Source: Ruditapes philippinarum
Lineage: Eukaryota
Assembly (NCBI RefSeq): GCF_026571515.1
Contig: NW_026859993.1
Location: forward strand, 62,001 to 126,000
Reading direction: 5' to 3'
Length of the DNA stretch: 64,000 bases
Both the position numbers and the translations under genes were made by a program. The notes beneath the pieces are model-generated. The model did not search any database. It saw nothing but the letters and a program-made list of their open reading frames with translations, and was not told where the DNA came from. Positions 27,101 to 37,865 of this stretch are shown piece by piece. Each line of letters starts with the position of its first letter. Positions within the stretch are counted from its first letter, which is position 1.

Positions 27101-30100
27101 TAAACTAAACAAATATCCTCTATATCTATAGATGTCTATTATGCTAGAAAATTAGACTGAAATCACAATCAGTTATAGAGTTGAATCAGAAGGATACTAT
27201 CAATTGATTGATTGAAACAATCATTTATTATTTTTATGCAACATGTTCTTATCAACTTAAAAAAACAAACTCATTAACCATAGTTTTAATGTAAAAACAT
27301 CAAATATTCATATACATATGTACCATTCTCAAATTTTATATAGTTTATTAAAGTGCATTGACAAAAATGGACCCATTTGTGACATGATATTATCAATTAA
27401 ATACCAATTTTAGAGAATTTTTTGTTTCATCATATTATTAAAAATCTACTATAATTGATTGTCTTGTCAATGTAAATATGTAGCAAGGATTTATAAATTT
27501 TCGCCCACTTTTAATTCAACTCTACTTCTGTGGTAACTGGGGCATTATTTTTTCCTGAATTATGAATGTACTTGTATTGTATGTTCTTGTGTAAAGTTTG
27601 AAAATTTCTATGAAAGGCGGTAGTAATGGTCCATTTTTATGTGGAAAGGAGACAACATTTGAAGGTGGAATGAGGGAGCCATCTATAGCATGGTGGCCAT
27701 CACGGATAATACCTGGACAGGTAAACACTGTTTTATCTTTGTTTGTCTATATCATACATGTACAGTTTAGTTCACACTAAAGATTACACAAAATGCACTT
27801 GGTGTGCACTACATGTGCACTTCTAGTGTGCTTCAATATGCACCTCAAGACATGTGCACTTTGAAGTGCTCTTCTAGTGCACTAGACCATTTATCATTGT
27901 GCACTGGACAGTGTTTCAGTTAATTTGTATAGCAGTTACCTTTAATTTCAGCAAATATCTTTAGTTTATGACTTTCAAAAACTAGATTTTGCTCAGATTT
28001 TTACTTTAATGTCTGAATTCATAGCATCTTGTTTGAAAATAAATCAAATAGAATCCAAATTCTGTAATAAACTACATGTATGTGGAATGAGATATTTTCA
28101 TGACTTTGTAATTTGAAAATTGATGATAAAGTTTCAGTATATTTTATCATCTTTTGAACATAATGCACGATAGAAAATATTTACACAATGATTAGGCTAT
28201 CTACTGATGTACCTTTTTATTATTATGAGACTTAACAATAAATTAAAAGATAGGGAGGGGAGAACAACACATAAAAAAACCAGGTCGGTTTCTATATTTA
28301 CTTAAACTACCGGTTTCGGGTACTATATACCCTTCTTCAGGTTATCCTGAGACTTGGCCAATATGTTTCGTCACTGGCACATATAGTTTCAAAGTAAAGC
28401 AAACTTTAAGGCAAATCAACACTTTCAATTTCACATTATCATTTTTACAAATGTAAACAAGAAAGTGAAATATAACACCACACACCAAGAGCATCAGTGT
28501 GGTATTAAAGGTACTTTAGTTTATATACCAGTTTGCTTCATCAGGATACGACTGCTATCTTTTAATTTAAGGTTTCCAACCAGCTTGGATCTCTCATGGA
28601 TCTGTACTCTACCCTAGCTAGTCTGGCTGGCCAGGATATACCTACAGATAGAGTAGTGGATGGCCTTGACCTGACAAAAGTTCTGTTTGGAAATTATGAG
28701 ATTAAAAGGTAGGACTGGATATTTGTGAAAATTTTGTCCATCATTCATTGGCTATTCTAGCATATAAGACAGGATTATCTACTGTTTACACCGCTGCTCG
28801 AAAAACCTGTCTTACACCTACCATGTAAGACAAGTCATGCGTTTTGCAAATGATGTCATTCCCACGCACCTTTTATGAATGAGTTGCATTCTTAGGATGA
28901 TGTCAATGTGCCATTATGAATGAAGTTGTAAATTCATACGCTACTATTAGAAAAAAGTGCTGAATGAAAATATCAGTTTTGTAAATTCTATCTGTGATAT
29001 CATTAATTTGTAATATGCAAGAAAAGGAATCAAACACTGGCTGTCATCACAGACAGAATATCTAGCTCTCACATAACTGTTTAATGGAAACTGAGCAGAG
29101 CCTTGTTACCACCATAAACAGTTATTCTTGAGCTAGGTACTCAGGTCTATACCGGCAGATAGTGTAAGATTCTTACAATCTGAACACAGTTTATAAACGC
29201 TTAAACTGCTGGAAAATGAAATGACTAGCCTTTGTCACCAGTATAGACCCAGGCCAGCCAGCACATCTTTGCAGTGTGACTGGGCTCTGTATAGTTGGTA
29301 TCTCCAGCCATGCAGTCTGCTTGAGCTCTGTATAGTTGGTATCTCCAGCAGCAGTCTGCTTGAGCTCTGTATTAGTTGGTATCTCCAGCCATGCAGTCTG
29401 CTTGAGCTCTGTATAGTTGGTATCTCCAGCCATGCAGTCTGCTTGAGCTCTGTATAGTTGGTATCTCCAGCAGCAGTCTGACTGGGCTCTGTATAGTTGG
29501 TATCTCCAGCAGCAGTCTGCTTGAGCTCTGTATAGTTGGTATCTCCAGCCATGCAGTCTGCTTGAGCTCTGTATAGTTGGTATCTCCAGCCATGCAGTCT
29601 GCTTGAGCTCTGTATAGTTGGTATCTCCAGCAGCAGTCTGACTGGGCTCTGTATAGTTGGTATCTCCAGCAGCAGTCTGCTTGAGCTCTGTATAGTTGGT
29701 ATCTCCAGCCATGCAGTCTGACTGGGCTCTGTATAGTTGGTATCTCCAGCCATGCAGTCTGCTTGAGCTCTGTATAGTTGGTATCTCCAGCCATGCAGTC
29801 TGCTTGAGCTCTGTATAGTTGGTATCTCCAGCAGCAGTCTGACTGGGGCTCTGTATAGTTGGTATCTCCAGCAGCAGTCTGACTGGGCTCTGTATAGTTG
29901 GTATCTCCAGCAGCAGTCTGCTTGAGCTCTGTATAGTTGGTATCTCCAGCAGCAGTCTGCTTGAGCTCTGTATAGTTGGTATCTCCAGCCATGCAGTCTG
30001 CTTGAGCTCTGTATAGTTGGTATCTCCAGCAGCAGTCTGCTTGAGCTCTGTATAGTTTGGTATCCAGCCATGCAGTCTGCTTGAGCTCTGTATAGTTGGT

Positions 30101-33100
30101 ATCTCCAGCCATGCAGTCTGCTTGAGCTCTGTATAGTTGGTATCTCCAGCAGCAGTCTGCTTGAGCTCTATGTATAGTTGGTATCTCCAGCCATGCAGTC
30201 TGCTTGAGCTCTGTATAGTTGGTATCTCCAGCCATGCAGTCTGCTTGAGCTCTGTATAGTTGGTATCTCCAGCCATGCAGTCTGCTTGAGCTCTGTATAG
30301 TTGGTATCTCCAGCCATGCAGTCTGCTTGAGCTCTGTATAGTTGGTATCTCCAGCAGCAGTCTGACTAGGCTCTGTATAGTTGGTATCTCCAGCAGCAGT
30401 CTGACTGGGCTCTGTATAGTTGGTATCTCCAGCAGCAGTCTGCTTGAGCTCTGTATAGTTGGTATCTCCAGCAGCAGTCTGCTTGAGCTCTGTATAGTTG
30501 GTATCTCCAGCCATGCAGTCTGCTTGAGCTCTGTATAGTTGGTATCTCCAGCCATGCAGTCTGACTGGGCTCTGTATAGTTGGTATCTCCAGCCATGCAG
30601 TCTGCTTGAGCTCTGTATAGTTGGTAATCTCCAGCAGCAGTCTGACTGGGCTCTGTATAGTTGGTATCTCCAGCCATGCAGTCTGACTGGGCTCTGTATA
30701 GTTGGTATCTCCAGCAGCAGTCTGGCTTGAGCTCTGTATAGTTGGTATCTCCAGCAGCAGTCTGACTGGGCTCTGTATAGTTGGTATCTCCAGCCATGCA
30801 GTCTGCTTGAGCTCTGTATAGTTGGTATCTCCAGCCATGCAGTCTGACTGGGCTCTGTATAGTTGGTATCTCCAGCCATGCAGTCTGACTGGGCTCTGTA
30901 TATAGTTGGTATCTCCAGCAGCAGTCTGCTTGAGCTCTGTATAGTTGTTGGTATCTCCAGCAGCAGTCTGACTGGGCTCTGTATAGTTGGTATCTCCAGC
31001 AGCAGTCTGCTTGAGCTCTGTATAGTTGGTATCTCCAGCCATGCAGTTCTTGCTTGAGCTCTGTATAGTTGGTATCTCCAGCCATGCAGTCTGACTGGGG
31101 CTCTGTATAGTTGGTATCTCCAGCCATGCAGTCTGCTTGAGCTCTGTATAGTTGTATCTCCAGCCATGCAGTCTGACTGGGGCTCTGTATAGTTGGTATC
31201 TCCAGCCATGCAGTCTGACTTGGGCTCTGTATAGTTGGTATCTCCAGCAGAAGTCTGCTTGAGCTCTGTATAGTTGGTATCTCCAGCAGCAGTCTGACTG
31301 GGCTCTGTATAGTTTGGTATCTCCAGCAGCAGTCTGCCCTTGAGCTCTGTATAGTTGGGTATCTCCAGCCATGCAGTCTGCTTGAGCTCTGTATAGTTGG
31401 TATCTCCAGCCATTGCAGTCTGCTTGAGCTCTGTATAGTTGGTATCTCCACCATGCAGTCTGACTTGGGCTCTGTATAGTTGGTATCTCCAGCAGCAAGT
31501 CTGACTGGGCTCTGTATAGTTGGTATCTCCAGCCATGCAGTCTGACTGGGCTCTGTATAGTTGGTATCTCCAGCAGCAGTCTGACTGGGCTCTGTATAGT
31601 TGGTATCTCCAGCCATGCAGTCTGGACTGGGCTCTGTATAGTTGGTATCTCCAGCCATGCAGTCTGACTGGGCTCTGTATAGTTGGTATCTCCAGCAGCA
31701 GTCTGACTGGGCTCTGTATAGTTGGTATCTCCAGCAGCAGTCTGACTGGGCTCTGTATAGTTGGTATCTCCAGCAGCAGTCTGACTGGGCTCTGTATAGT
31801 TGGTAATCTCCAGCAGCAGTCTGACTGGGCTCTGTATAGTTGGTATCCTCCAGCCATGCAGTCTGACTGGGCTCTGTATAGTTGGTATCTCCAGCCATGC
31901 AGTCTGACTGGGCTCTGTATAGTTGGTATCTCCAGCCATGCAGTCCTGACTGGGCTCTGTATAGTTGGATCTCCAGCAGCAGTCTGACTGGCTCTGTATA
32001 GTTGGTATCTCCAGCCATGCAGTCTGACTGGGCTCTGTATAGTTGGTATCTCCAGCCATGCAGTCTGACTGGGCTCTGTATAGTTGGTATCTCCAGCCAT
32101 GCAGTCTGACTGGGCTCTGTATAGTTGGTATCTCCCAGCCATGCAGTCTGACTGGGCTCTGTATAGTTGGTATCTCCAGCCATGCAGTCTGCTTGAGCTC
32201 TGTATAGTTGGTATCTCCAGCCATGCAGTCTGACTGGGGCTCTGTATAGTTTGGTATCTCCAGCAGCAGTCTGACTGGGCTTCTGTATAGTTGGTATCTC
32301 CAGCAGCAGTCTGACTAGGCTCTGTATAGTTGGTATCTCCAGCCATGCAGTCTGACTGGGCTCTGTATAGTTGGTAAGCTCAGTTTTTAGCTCACCTGTC
32401 ACAAAGTGAACAGGGTGAGCTTTTTGTGATCGCTTTTCGCTTCCGGCGTCCGTCCGTCGTCCCGTATCCGTAAACTTTTTACTTTAAATGACATCTCCTC
32501 ATAACCACAAAGCCAATTTCATCCAAACTTCACAGGAATGTTCCTTTGGTGGTCACCTTTAAAAATTGTTCAAAGAATTTAATTCCATGCAGAAACTTGG
32601 TTGCCATGGCAACCGAAAGAAAAAACTTTAAATATCTTCTTTTAAAAAACCGTAAGAAGCTAGAGCTTTTAGATATTTTGGCATAAAACATCTTCTAGTG
32701 AGTTGTCTACCAAGTTTTGTTCAAATAAAAGCCCTGGGGTCAAATTGGCCCGCCCGGGGGGTCATGAATTTTCCCTATTCATTATAGTAAAAAACTTAAG
32801 AAATCTACTTTTAAAAGAACCAAAAGAGCTAGAGCTAAGATATTTTAGCATGAAACATGTTCTAATGGGTGTCTACCAAGTTTGTTCAAATAAAAGCCCT
32901 GGGGTCAAAATTAGCCCCGCCCCGGGGGGTCATTGATTTTCCCTATATGCATATAGTAAAAACTTAAAAAATCTTCTTTTAAAGAACTCAAAGAGCTATG
33001 GCTAAGATATTGAGCATCAAACATGTTCTAATAGGTGTATACCAAGTTTGTTCAAATTAAAGCCCTGTGGTCAAAATTGGCCCCACCCCAGGGGGTCATT

Positions 33101-36100
33101 GATTTTCCCTATATGCATACAGTAAAAACCCGCTTTACGACCACCCCGTTTTCGAGACCAACCCGCTAATACGAACGATTTTTTAAAGACCCGAATTTTT
33201 TATTCTTTATTTTAATGGTCGCTAAACCCCGATTTTGAGACCACCCCGTTATTCCGTAATGCGACCAGTAAATTCAGTCCCATTTCGTAAATTCTGTACA
33301 TTTGGAAACCCATAAATACGACCGCCGGGCACTTTCTCACCTTGATATTGACATGCGTGTATATTGCTGAAATCTTTTTGACACGTGATGTAAACAACAG
33401 TTGTCCTAGTTTTACGACTTTAAAACGACATCCAGTTTAATGGCAGAGGTCAAGGTTACTTTGTATTATACCCGGAAATGATCAATAATATTGTCGATAA
33501 TTTCTTAATTTTCACACCTTTAAATGTCATAACTGGGGGATTAAAACAACAAAGTATTGAACAGAAACTTTCAATAAGTTTTTTAGAGGTGTTGCTGCTA
33601 TCATTATCTCGTTTCGTTCCATAATTTTAAACAAATACGATTAGGTTTTGAAGTTTGTTATTCGGCGATGAAAACTTTTGTGAAAATAATTAAAGGTTAA
33701 TTGTTTTTTCCGGTCGTGCTTTGTAGTAAAATTGGTGATTTAATAGAGTAAGTCGTGTCATTCTTTTAACAAGAATTGTAAAAAATATGTTTGTGTTTAA
33801 AGAACATTCATAATACATTTTTGTCTCCTCTAAAGAAGTTTAAAATTTTAATAATGTTAAAAAGTAAAAGAAAATAAATGAAAATAAAAAAAAAATAGTG
33901 TACAGTATGCTTTATATCTTCTCATTTGAAATAGGGTTAGCCCAGAATTAAACATGTGTACAGTACATGGTATCCCTTAATATATTGCCTAGTTTTCTGT
34001 TTGGCCAAACTCATTAATGAGACCAACCCGCTATTAAGACCAGATTTGTAAAGTCCCTTCATTGGTCTCATTAGCGAGTTTTTACTGTATAGTAAAAACT
34101 TAAAAAATCTTCTTTTAAAGTACCAAAAGAGTTAAAGCTAAGATATTTAGCATGAAACATGTTCTAATATGTGTCTACCAAGTTTGTTCAAATAAAAGCC
34201 CTGGGGTCAAAATTAGCACCGCCCCCGGGGATCATTGATTTTCCCTATATGCATATAGTAAAAACTTAAAAAATCTTCTTTTAAAGAACTCAAAGAGCTA
34301 TGGCTAAGATATTGAGCATCAAACATGTTCTAATAGGTGTCTACCAAGTTTGTTCAAATAAAAGCCCTGGGGTCAAAATTAGCACCGCCCCGGGGGTCAT
34401 TGATTTTCCTTATATGTGTATAGCAAAAACTTAAAAAATCTTCTTTGGAAAAACCCAAATAGCTAGAGTTAAGATATTAAGCATGAAACATCTTTTAGTA
34501 AGTGTCTACAAAGTTTGTTCAAATAAAAGCCCTGGGGTCAAAACTGGCCCGGCCCCAGGGTGTCATTGTTTTTTAACTATATGCGTATAGTAAAAACTTA
34601 AAAAAAATCTTCTTTCAAAAAGCCCAATGAGCTAGAGCTTAGATGTTTAGCATGAAACATCTTCTTATGGGTGTCTAGCGAGTTTGTGCAAATAAAAGCC
34701 CTTGGGTTAAATTGGCCCTGCAACGTTGGGGGGGGGGGGGTTGGGGGCCTATATACAGGTGAGCGACCTCAGGGCCATCATGGCCCTCTTGTTTTGTGTT
34801 TTGATACTGAAATCCCTGAAACATTGAATGGACTGTTCCAAATTCAAAGAGGGCGAATCCATTACACAATTTCACACATCAACACAGTAAGGCTATATGA
34901 TAATTTCCCATTTTTACTGAAAGAGTGATACCTGGGGTGCCCCTACATGTTCTTACATGAAAGAATGTTCCTGGCCAGATTTGAACTCAAAGTTTTAAGG
35001 GGCAAGTGATTGGAAGTCAGCAACCTTACCTACTCGGCCATTGTGGCAGCTGTGACTATAAGTCTCTATATATGATTTACCTTCAGGCCATTGTGGCATC
35101 TGTGACTTTAAGTCTCTATATATGATTTATCTTCAGACCATTGTTTTACTATCGGGGTAATGAACTTATGGCAGTAAGGCTAGGGGAGTATAAAGCACAT
35201 CTGTGGACATGGACAAACTCTGTACAGGAATTTCAAAGGGTAAACTTTAGTCTTTTGTAATTTTCTAGAATATTATATATTACTCCTTTGCATTTTAAAA
35301 ATTCATTATATTTAGGTTAGGGTTTCAGTGAATATTTTATAGAAGCTTTAATTGGAAGAATGTACATGTGTTTAGTTTTTATTATTCACCATAAAATTAT
35401 CTTTGTTAAACTTACCATTGATGGTATCCATATAAAAACACAATTCAGTAACCCGAGGTGATCTCAAACCCATAACACGACCTGCATTTTCCCCTATTGA
35501 ACATAAAAGGACAGAAAGTGTGTGTTATTTAAGAAATAATATATCCCAAACTGTGATTTTATTGCTCAATAACATCACTGTTTGGAGTTCGGATGCGAGA
35601 AATTATATCACGAGGGCGTAGCCCGAGTGATATAATGATGCGCATCCGAACTCCAAACAGTGATGTTATCAAGCAATAAAATCACCGATTTGGATATATT
35701 ATTTCGATTCTAACAGGACATCAACAAATAAATGCTGCCGTACCTGATATTTAGGTAAATTGTGCCTTTTTTGTTTCCGTATTTATTGTCAGCGCGTCAC
35801 ATTTTTAGTGGTTACGTCATGTGTATAATGATTATGTCACATGTCTAAATATAGAACGTCAAACAGTGATTTTATAGCATAATAACACACACTTTTGGTT
35901 CTTCTATGTTCAATAGGGAAAAATGCGAGTCGTGTTAGAATATGCAATAAAATCACTGTTGACGTTCTATATTTAGACATATGACGTAATCATTATACAT
36001 GTGACGTAACCACTAAAAATATAACACGCTGAAAATAAGTACGGAAACAAATCGGGCACAAATTTAGCTTAATATCAGGTACGGCAACATTTATTTATTG

Positions 36101-37865
36101 ATGTCGTGTTAGAATCGGAATAATATATCCAAATCGGTGATTTTATCACTTCATAACATCACTGTTTGTCGTCTGGCTGCGCATCATTATATCACTCGGG
36201 CTACGCCCTCCTGATATAATTCCTCGCATCCAAACTCCAAACAGTGATGTTATTGAGCAGTAAAATCACTGTTTGGGATATATTATTTCTTAATTCTCAT
36301 GGTTATAAGAAGAAGGCATCTTACCCACTATGTAATCTCCATCAACTATTGTTTTAAATTGTTTTCCTTACATCTTTTTCTTCTTAACTAACAACATGAT
36401 TCTGTTAAGAGTTTCATGCTAAATTTTCATTGTTTAAGCATGACTCTTGGTGAACATTTTTGTGTTTTAGGGAGTCAATTTTTGCCCTGGCCAGTCAATA
36501 GAGAATGTGACAACACATGACCAAGTTAATCATACTACAGAACCATTGTTGTTTCACATAGGACGAGACCCTGGGGAAAAATATATCATCAAGTAAGTAT
36601 CGTAGGAGATTTAGATAACTGACTTTGATTTTATTGCCACTCAAGGCTGCTTTCTCTTCACTTGGACTCTCAACCATATTTGGACATTCTTTTGTGGATT
36701 CGAATCCTACCAGAGACCACAGATTTATATTACATTTGTAATATAAATCCGTGCAGAGACTCTGAATTTTTTCATGAGGATTCTGTTGTCTTTACAAATG
36801 GAAGGAAGGTGGTTATTCTCAGGTGTCATTTTGTTCTTGAAATACAAATATAATACAAAATGCTTGAAAAATTTCAAGAAGGTTAAAATGAGTGTTTAAA
36901 AGAGTATAAATAAAGAAAAGACCAAAATGTTAAAATCAGCGGGGCTGGAAAACTAGGTTGATATAGTTAATATGTTCAATGTTAGATAAAAAGCTTCACA
37001 TTAGTCATTGGTAATCCATCCAACCAGGAACAAAAGAAAAAAAAGATGATTATAGTTGGGGCTAGGACTCTGTTAAGATTGTCAACTTCTGGTGAAAACA
37101 GGAATTTATATTTATAAATAACTTCACCCCTACATAAAGACCGGAAGCATAACTGTACAGAGTAGAGGGAAGGTGAAATAGTAACAAAGATAGAAATATA
37201 AAAGAAATGAAAAAAAAGGTGTTTTTTTATTTACAGGCCAAATTCACAAGAATATAAAGATAACATAGGATCTATAAAACAAGCTGTGAAGCAACATAGG
37301 GCAAACCTTGTACCTGGTAAACCTCAGCTTAATTGGTGTGATAAATCTGTCATGGTGAGTAAAGATTGGCAAATATGATTTTATAATTAAATGCAATGTT
37401 TTATATTATTAGTTAAAAAGATTTTTGGCAGGTTATATGGTCAAGTATAAATATTTCTAGTAGGGGATTATATTGCAAAATACTGTTTTAGTCGGGGGGG
37501 GGGGGGGTTAAATTGCAAAATACTGTTTTAGTATCATGTAACCTGTCAAAAATCTTTAAAATAGATTTATAGTACAGTATGATAGTTATACATGTATATA
37601 TGATGTTTATAAATTATAAAATTGTAAATGTTATCCAATGGAAAGCACCTTACAAAATTGCAGTATTAGAATTTACTATGTTTGGTCTTAAAACATAGTG
37701 TTCTTGTGACTTAAAACTTAAAATGAAATTTAAAAAATGTTTTTATTTCATTGTTTATTGAAATTTCTTTTTTTTCAGAACTGGTCTCCTCCTGGATGCG
37801 AGAAGTTAGGGCAGTGTTACAATGGACCATCATCTAACCCAAAGAAATGTGTTTGGCCACATTAA
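18006..37865 (+). CDS. GALNS: N-acetylgalactosamine-6-sulfatase (lysosomal sulfatase), 14 coding exons, 519 aa
   Basis: join(18006-18116,19016-19139,19559-19633,20630-20732,21100-21243,21973-22039,25330-25457,25900-26036,27617-27720,28572-28708,35137-35239,36471-36592,37237-37354,37779-37865) = 1560 nt in one frame, GT..AG introns. Signal-peptide-like N-terminus, [15 protein letters not shown], formylglycine motif [29 protein letters not shown]-terminal [16 protein letters not shown] typical of GALNS. Confidence 0.95.
19016..19139 (+). CDS. GALNS: GALNS exon 2
   Basis: tttcag acceptor; MGWGDLG...ANPLCSP; gtaagt donor. Confidence 0.95.
19559..19633 (+). CDS. GALNS: GALNS exon 3
   Basis: ttttag; [25 protein letters not shown]; gtaag. 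Confidence 0.95.
19791..20440 (+). mobile_element. Degenerate Helentron-like element in intron 3
   Basis: tttttagc start; 3' hairpin gctgtca-ttc-tgacagc followed by tcttgtt. Confidence 0.55.
20630..20732 (+). CDS. GALNS: GALNS exon 4
   Basis: tttcag; [12 protein letters not shown]...KIIGKW; gtatg. Confidence 0.95.
21100..21243 (+). CDS. GALNS: GALNS exon 5
   Basis: ttacag; [29 protein letters not shown]...MIGR; gtagg. Confidence 0.95.
21973..22039 (+). CDS. GALNS: GALNS exon 6
   Basis: tttcag; [22 protein letters not shown]; gtagg. Confidence 0.93.
22665..23263. mobile_element. piggyBac-type MITE inserted in a decayed tRNA-SINE
   Basis: TTAA-CCCATTAC ... GTAATGGG-TTAA. Confidence 0.7.
24090..25209 (+). 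mobile_element. Helentron-like non-autonomous element in intron 6 with about 170-bp internal repeats
   Basis: Subterminal IR agtcccctactggttt / aaccggtagaggactt, (gtcc/gtct)n, repeats at about 24361, 24531, 24701, ends gcttgtt. Confidence 0.7.
24151..24328. mobile_element. Small foldback MITE inserted in the (gtcc)n tract
   Basis: IR ctcacaggagagtaattatgtggcta vs ctcacatgacagtaattatgtggcta (24/26). Confidence 0.65.
25330..25457 (+). CDS. GALNS: GALNS exon 7
   Basis: cttaag; EALTFI...[28 protein letters not shown]; gtatg. Confidence 0.93.
25614..25865 (+). mobile_element. Truncated copy of the same palindromic element in intron 7
   Basis: Near-identical to about 35688-35940 (caacaaataaatgctgccgtacctgatatttag...gcgagtcgtgttagaa). 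Confidence 0.8.
25900..26036 (+). CDS. GALNS: GALNS exon 8
   Basis: tcacag; YGDVVRELD...[17 protein letters not shown]; gtaat. Confidence 0.93.
26305..26575 (+). mobile_element. Degenerate V-SINE-like copy in GALNS intron 8
   Basis: gaggaaactttccagttagcttacagaatgtcagtggtt...gcctgaaataatgcac...gcacctggggtcttcctccacca matches the 48.8-kb copy. Confidence 0.75.
26965..27115. mobile_element. Foldback palindromic element in intron 8
   Basis: tttgtttagtttagtgtaagat ... cgtggctgcgccac ... atcttacattaaactaaacaaa. Confidence 0.6.
27617..27720 (+). CDS. GALNS: GALNS exon 9
   Basis: weak tgaaag acceptor; [31 protein letters not shown]; gtaaa. Confidence 0.9.
28305..28343 (-). ncRNA. Candidate minimal type I hammerhead ribozyme (Penelope/retrozyme-like)
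   Basis: Minus strand AAC CUGAAGA A GGGUA-uauag-UACCC GAAA CCGG UA GUU, within a 114-bp segment flanked by TGAGACTT direct repeats. Confidence 0.6.
28572..28708 (+). CDS. GALNS: GALNS exon 10
   Basis: tttaag; [15 protein letters not shown]...DRVVDGLDL...; gtagg. Confidence 0.93.
29271..32376. repeat. Minisatellite, roughly 75-80 units of 39/41 bp, in GALNS intron 10
   Basis: gctctgtatagttggtatctccagc[ag|catg]cagtctg[cttga|actgg] repeated in tandem. Confidence 0.97.
32385..34793 (+). mobile_element. Non-autonomous Helentron-like element (HINE/DINE type) with about 166-bp internal tandem repeats
   Basis: 5' tttttagctcacctg, (gtcc)n microsatellite, internal repeats (ccaagtttgttcaaataaaagccctgggg...), 3' caggtgagc subterminal IR plus hairpin agggcca-tca-tggccct and cttgtt. 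Confidence 0.8.
33120..34087. mobile_element. Tc1/mariner(pogo)-type MITE with TA TSD nested in the Helentron-like repeat
   Basis: TIR cagtaaaaacccgct.. / ..agcgagtttttactg; TA at 33118-33119 and 34088-34089; removal restores atgcatatagtaaaaac seen in sister repeat units. Confidence 0.85.
34925..35047 (-). mobile_element. Truncated V-SINE-like head in intron 10
   Basis: Reverse strand tggccgagtagg..aggttgctgact..cacttgcccct..gttcaaatc..tctttcatgt. Confidence 0.55.
35137..35239 (+). CDS. GALNS: GALNS exon 11
   Basis: cttcag; [29 protein letters not shown]; gtaaa. Confidence 0.93.
35474..36293. mobile_element. Two copies of a palindromic non-autonomous element, one inserted in reverse inside the other (intron 11)
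   Basis: 35530-35940 forward copy with gagggcgtagcccgag centre; reverse copy split into 35474-35529 and 35942-36293. Confidence 0.75.
36471..36592 (+). CDS. GALNS: GALNS exon 12
   Basis: ttttag; GVNFCPGQ...[14 protein letters not shown]; gtaagt. Confidence 0.95.
37237..37354 (+). CDS. GALNS: GALNS exon 13
   Basis: ttacag; PNSQEY...[14 protein letters not shown]; gtgagt. Confidence 0.93.
37779..37865 (+). CDS. GALNS: GALNS exon 14 (stop)
   Basis: tttcag; [31 protein letters not shown]. Confidence 0.95.
   Translation, partial: NWSPPGCEKLGQCYNGPSSNPKKCVWPH

Noticed and set aside
28520-28550. Second hammerhead (ctgatgaag on minus)
   Set aside because: No stem II or correctly placed GAAA core follows
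29271-32376. CRISPR-like array
   Set aside because: No unique spacers, only two binary variant sites; eukaryotic intron; no cas genes
29191-32402. Long minus-strand ORFs (1051, 950, 678 aa)
   Set aside because: Artefact of a minisatellite with no stop codon in any minus frame; the 39/41-bp units shift frame freely, and it lies inside a GALNS intron
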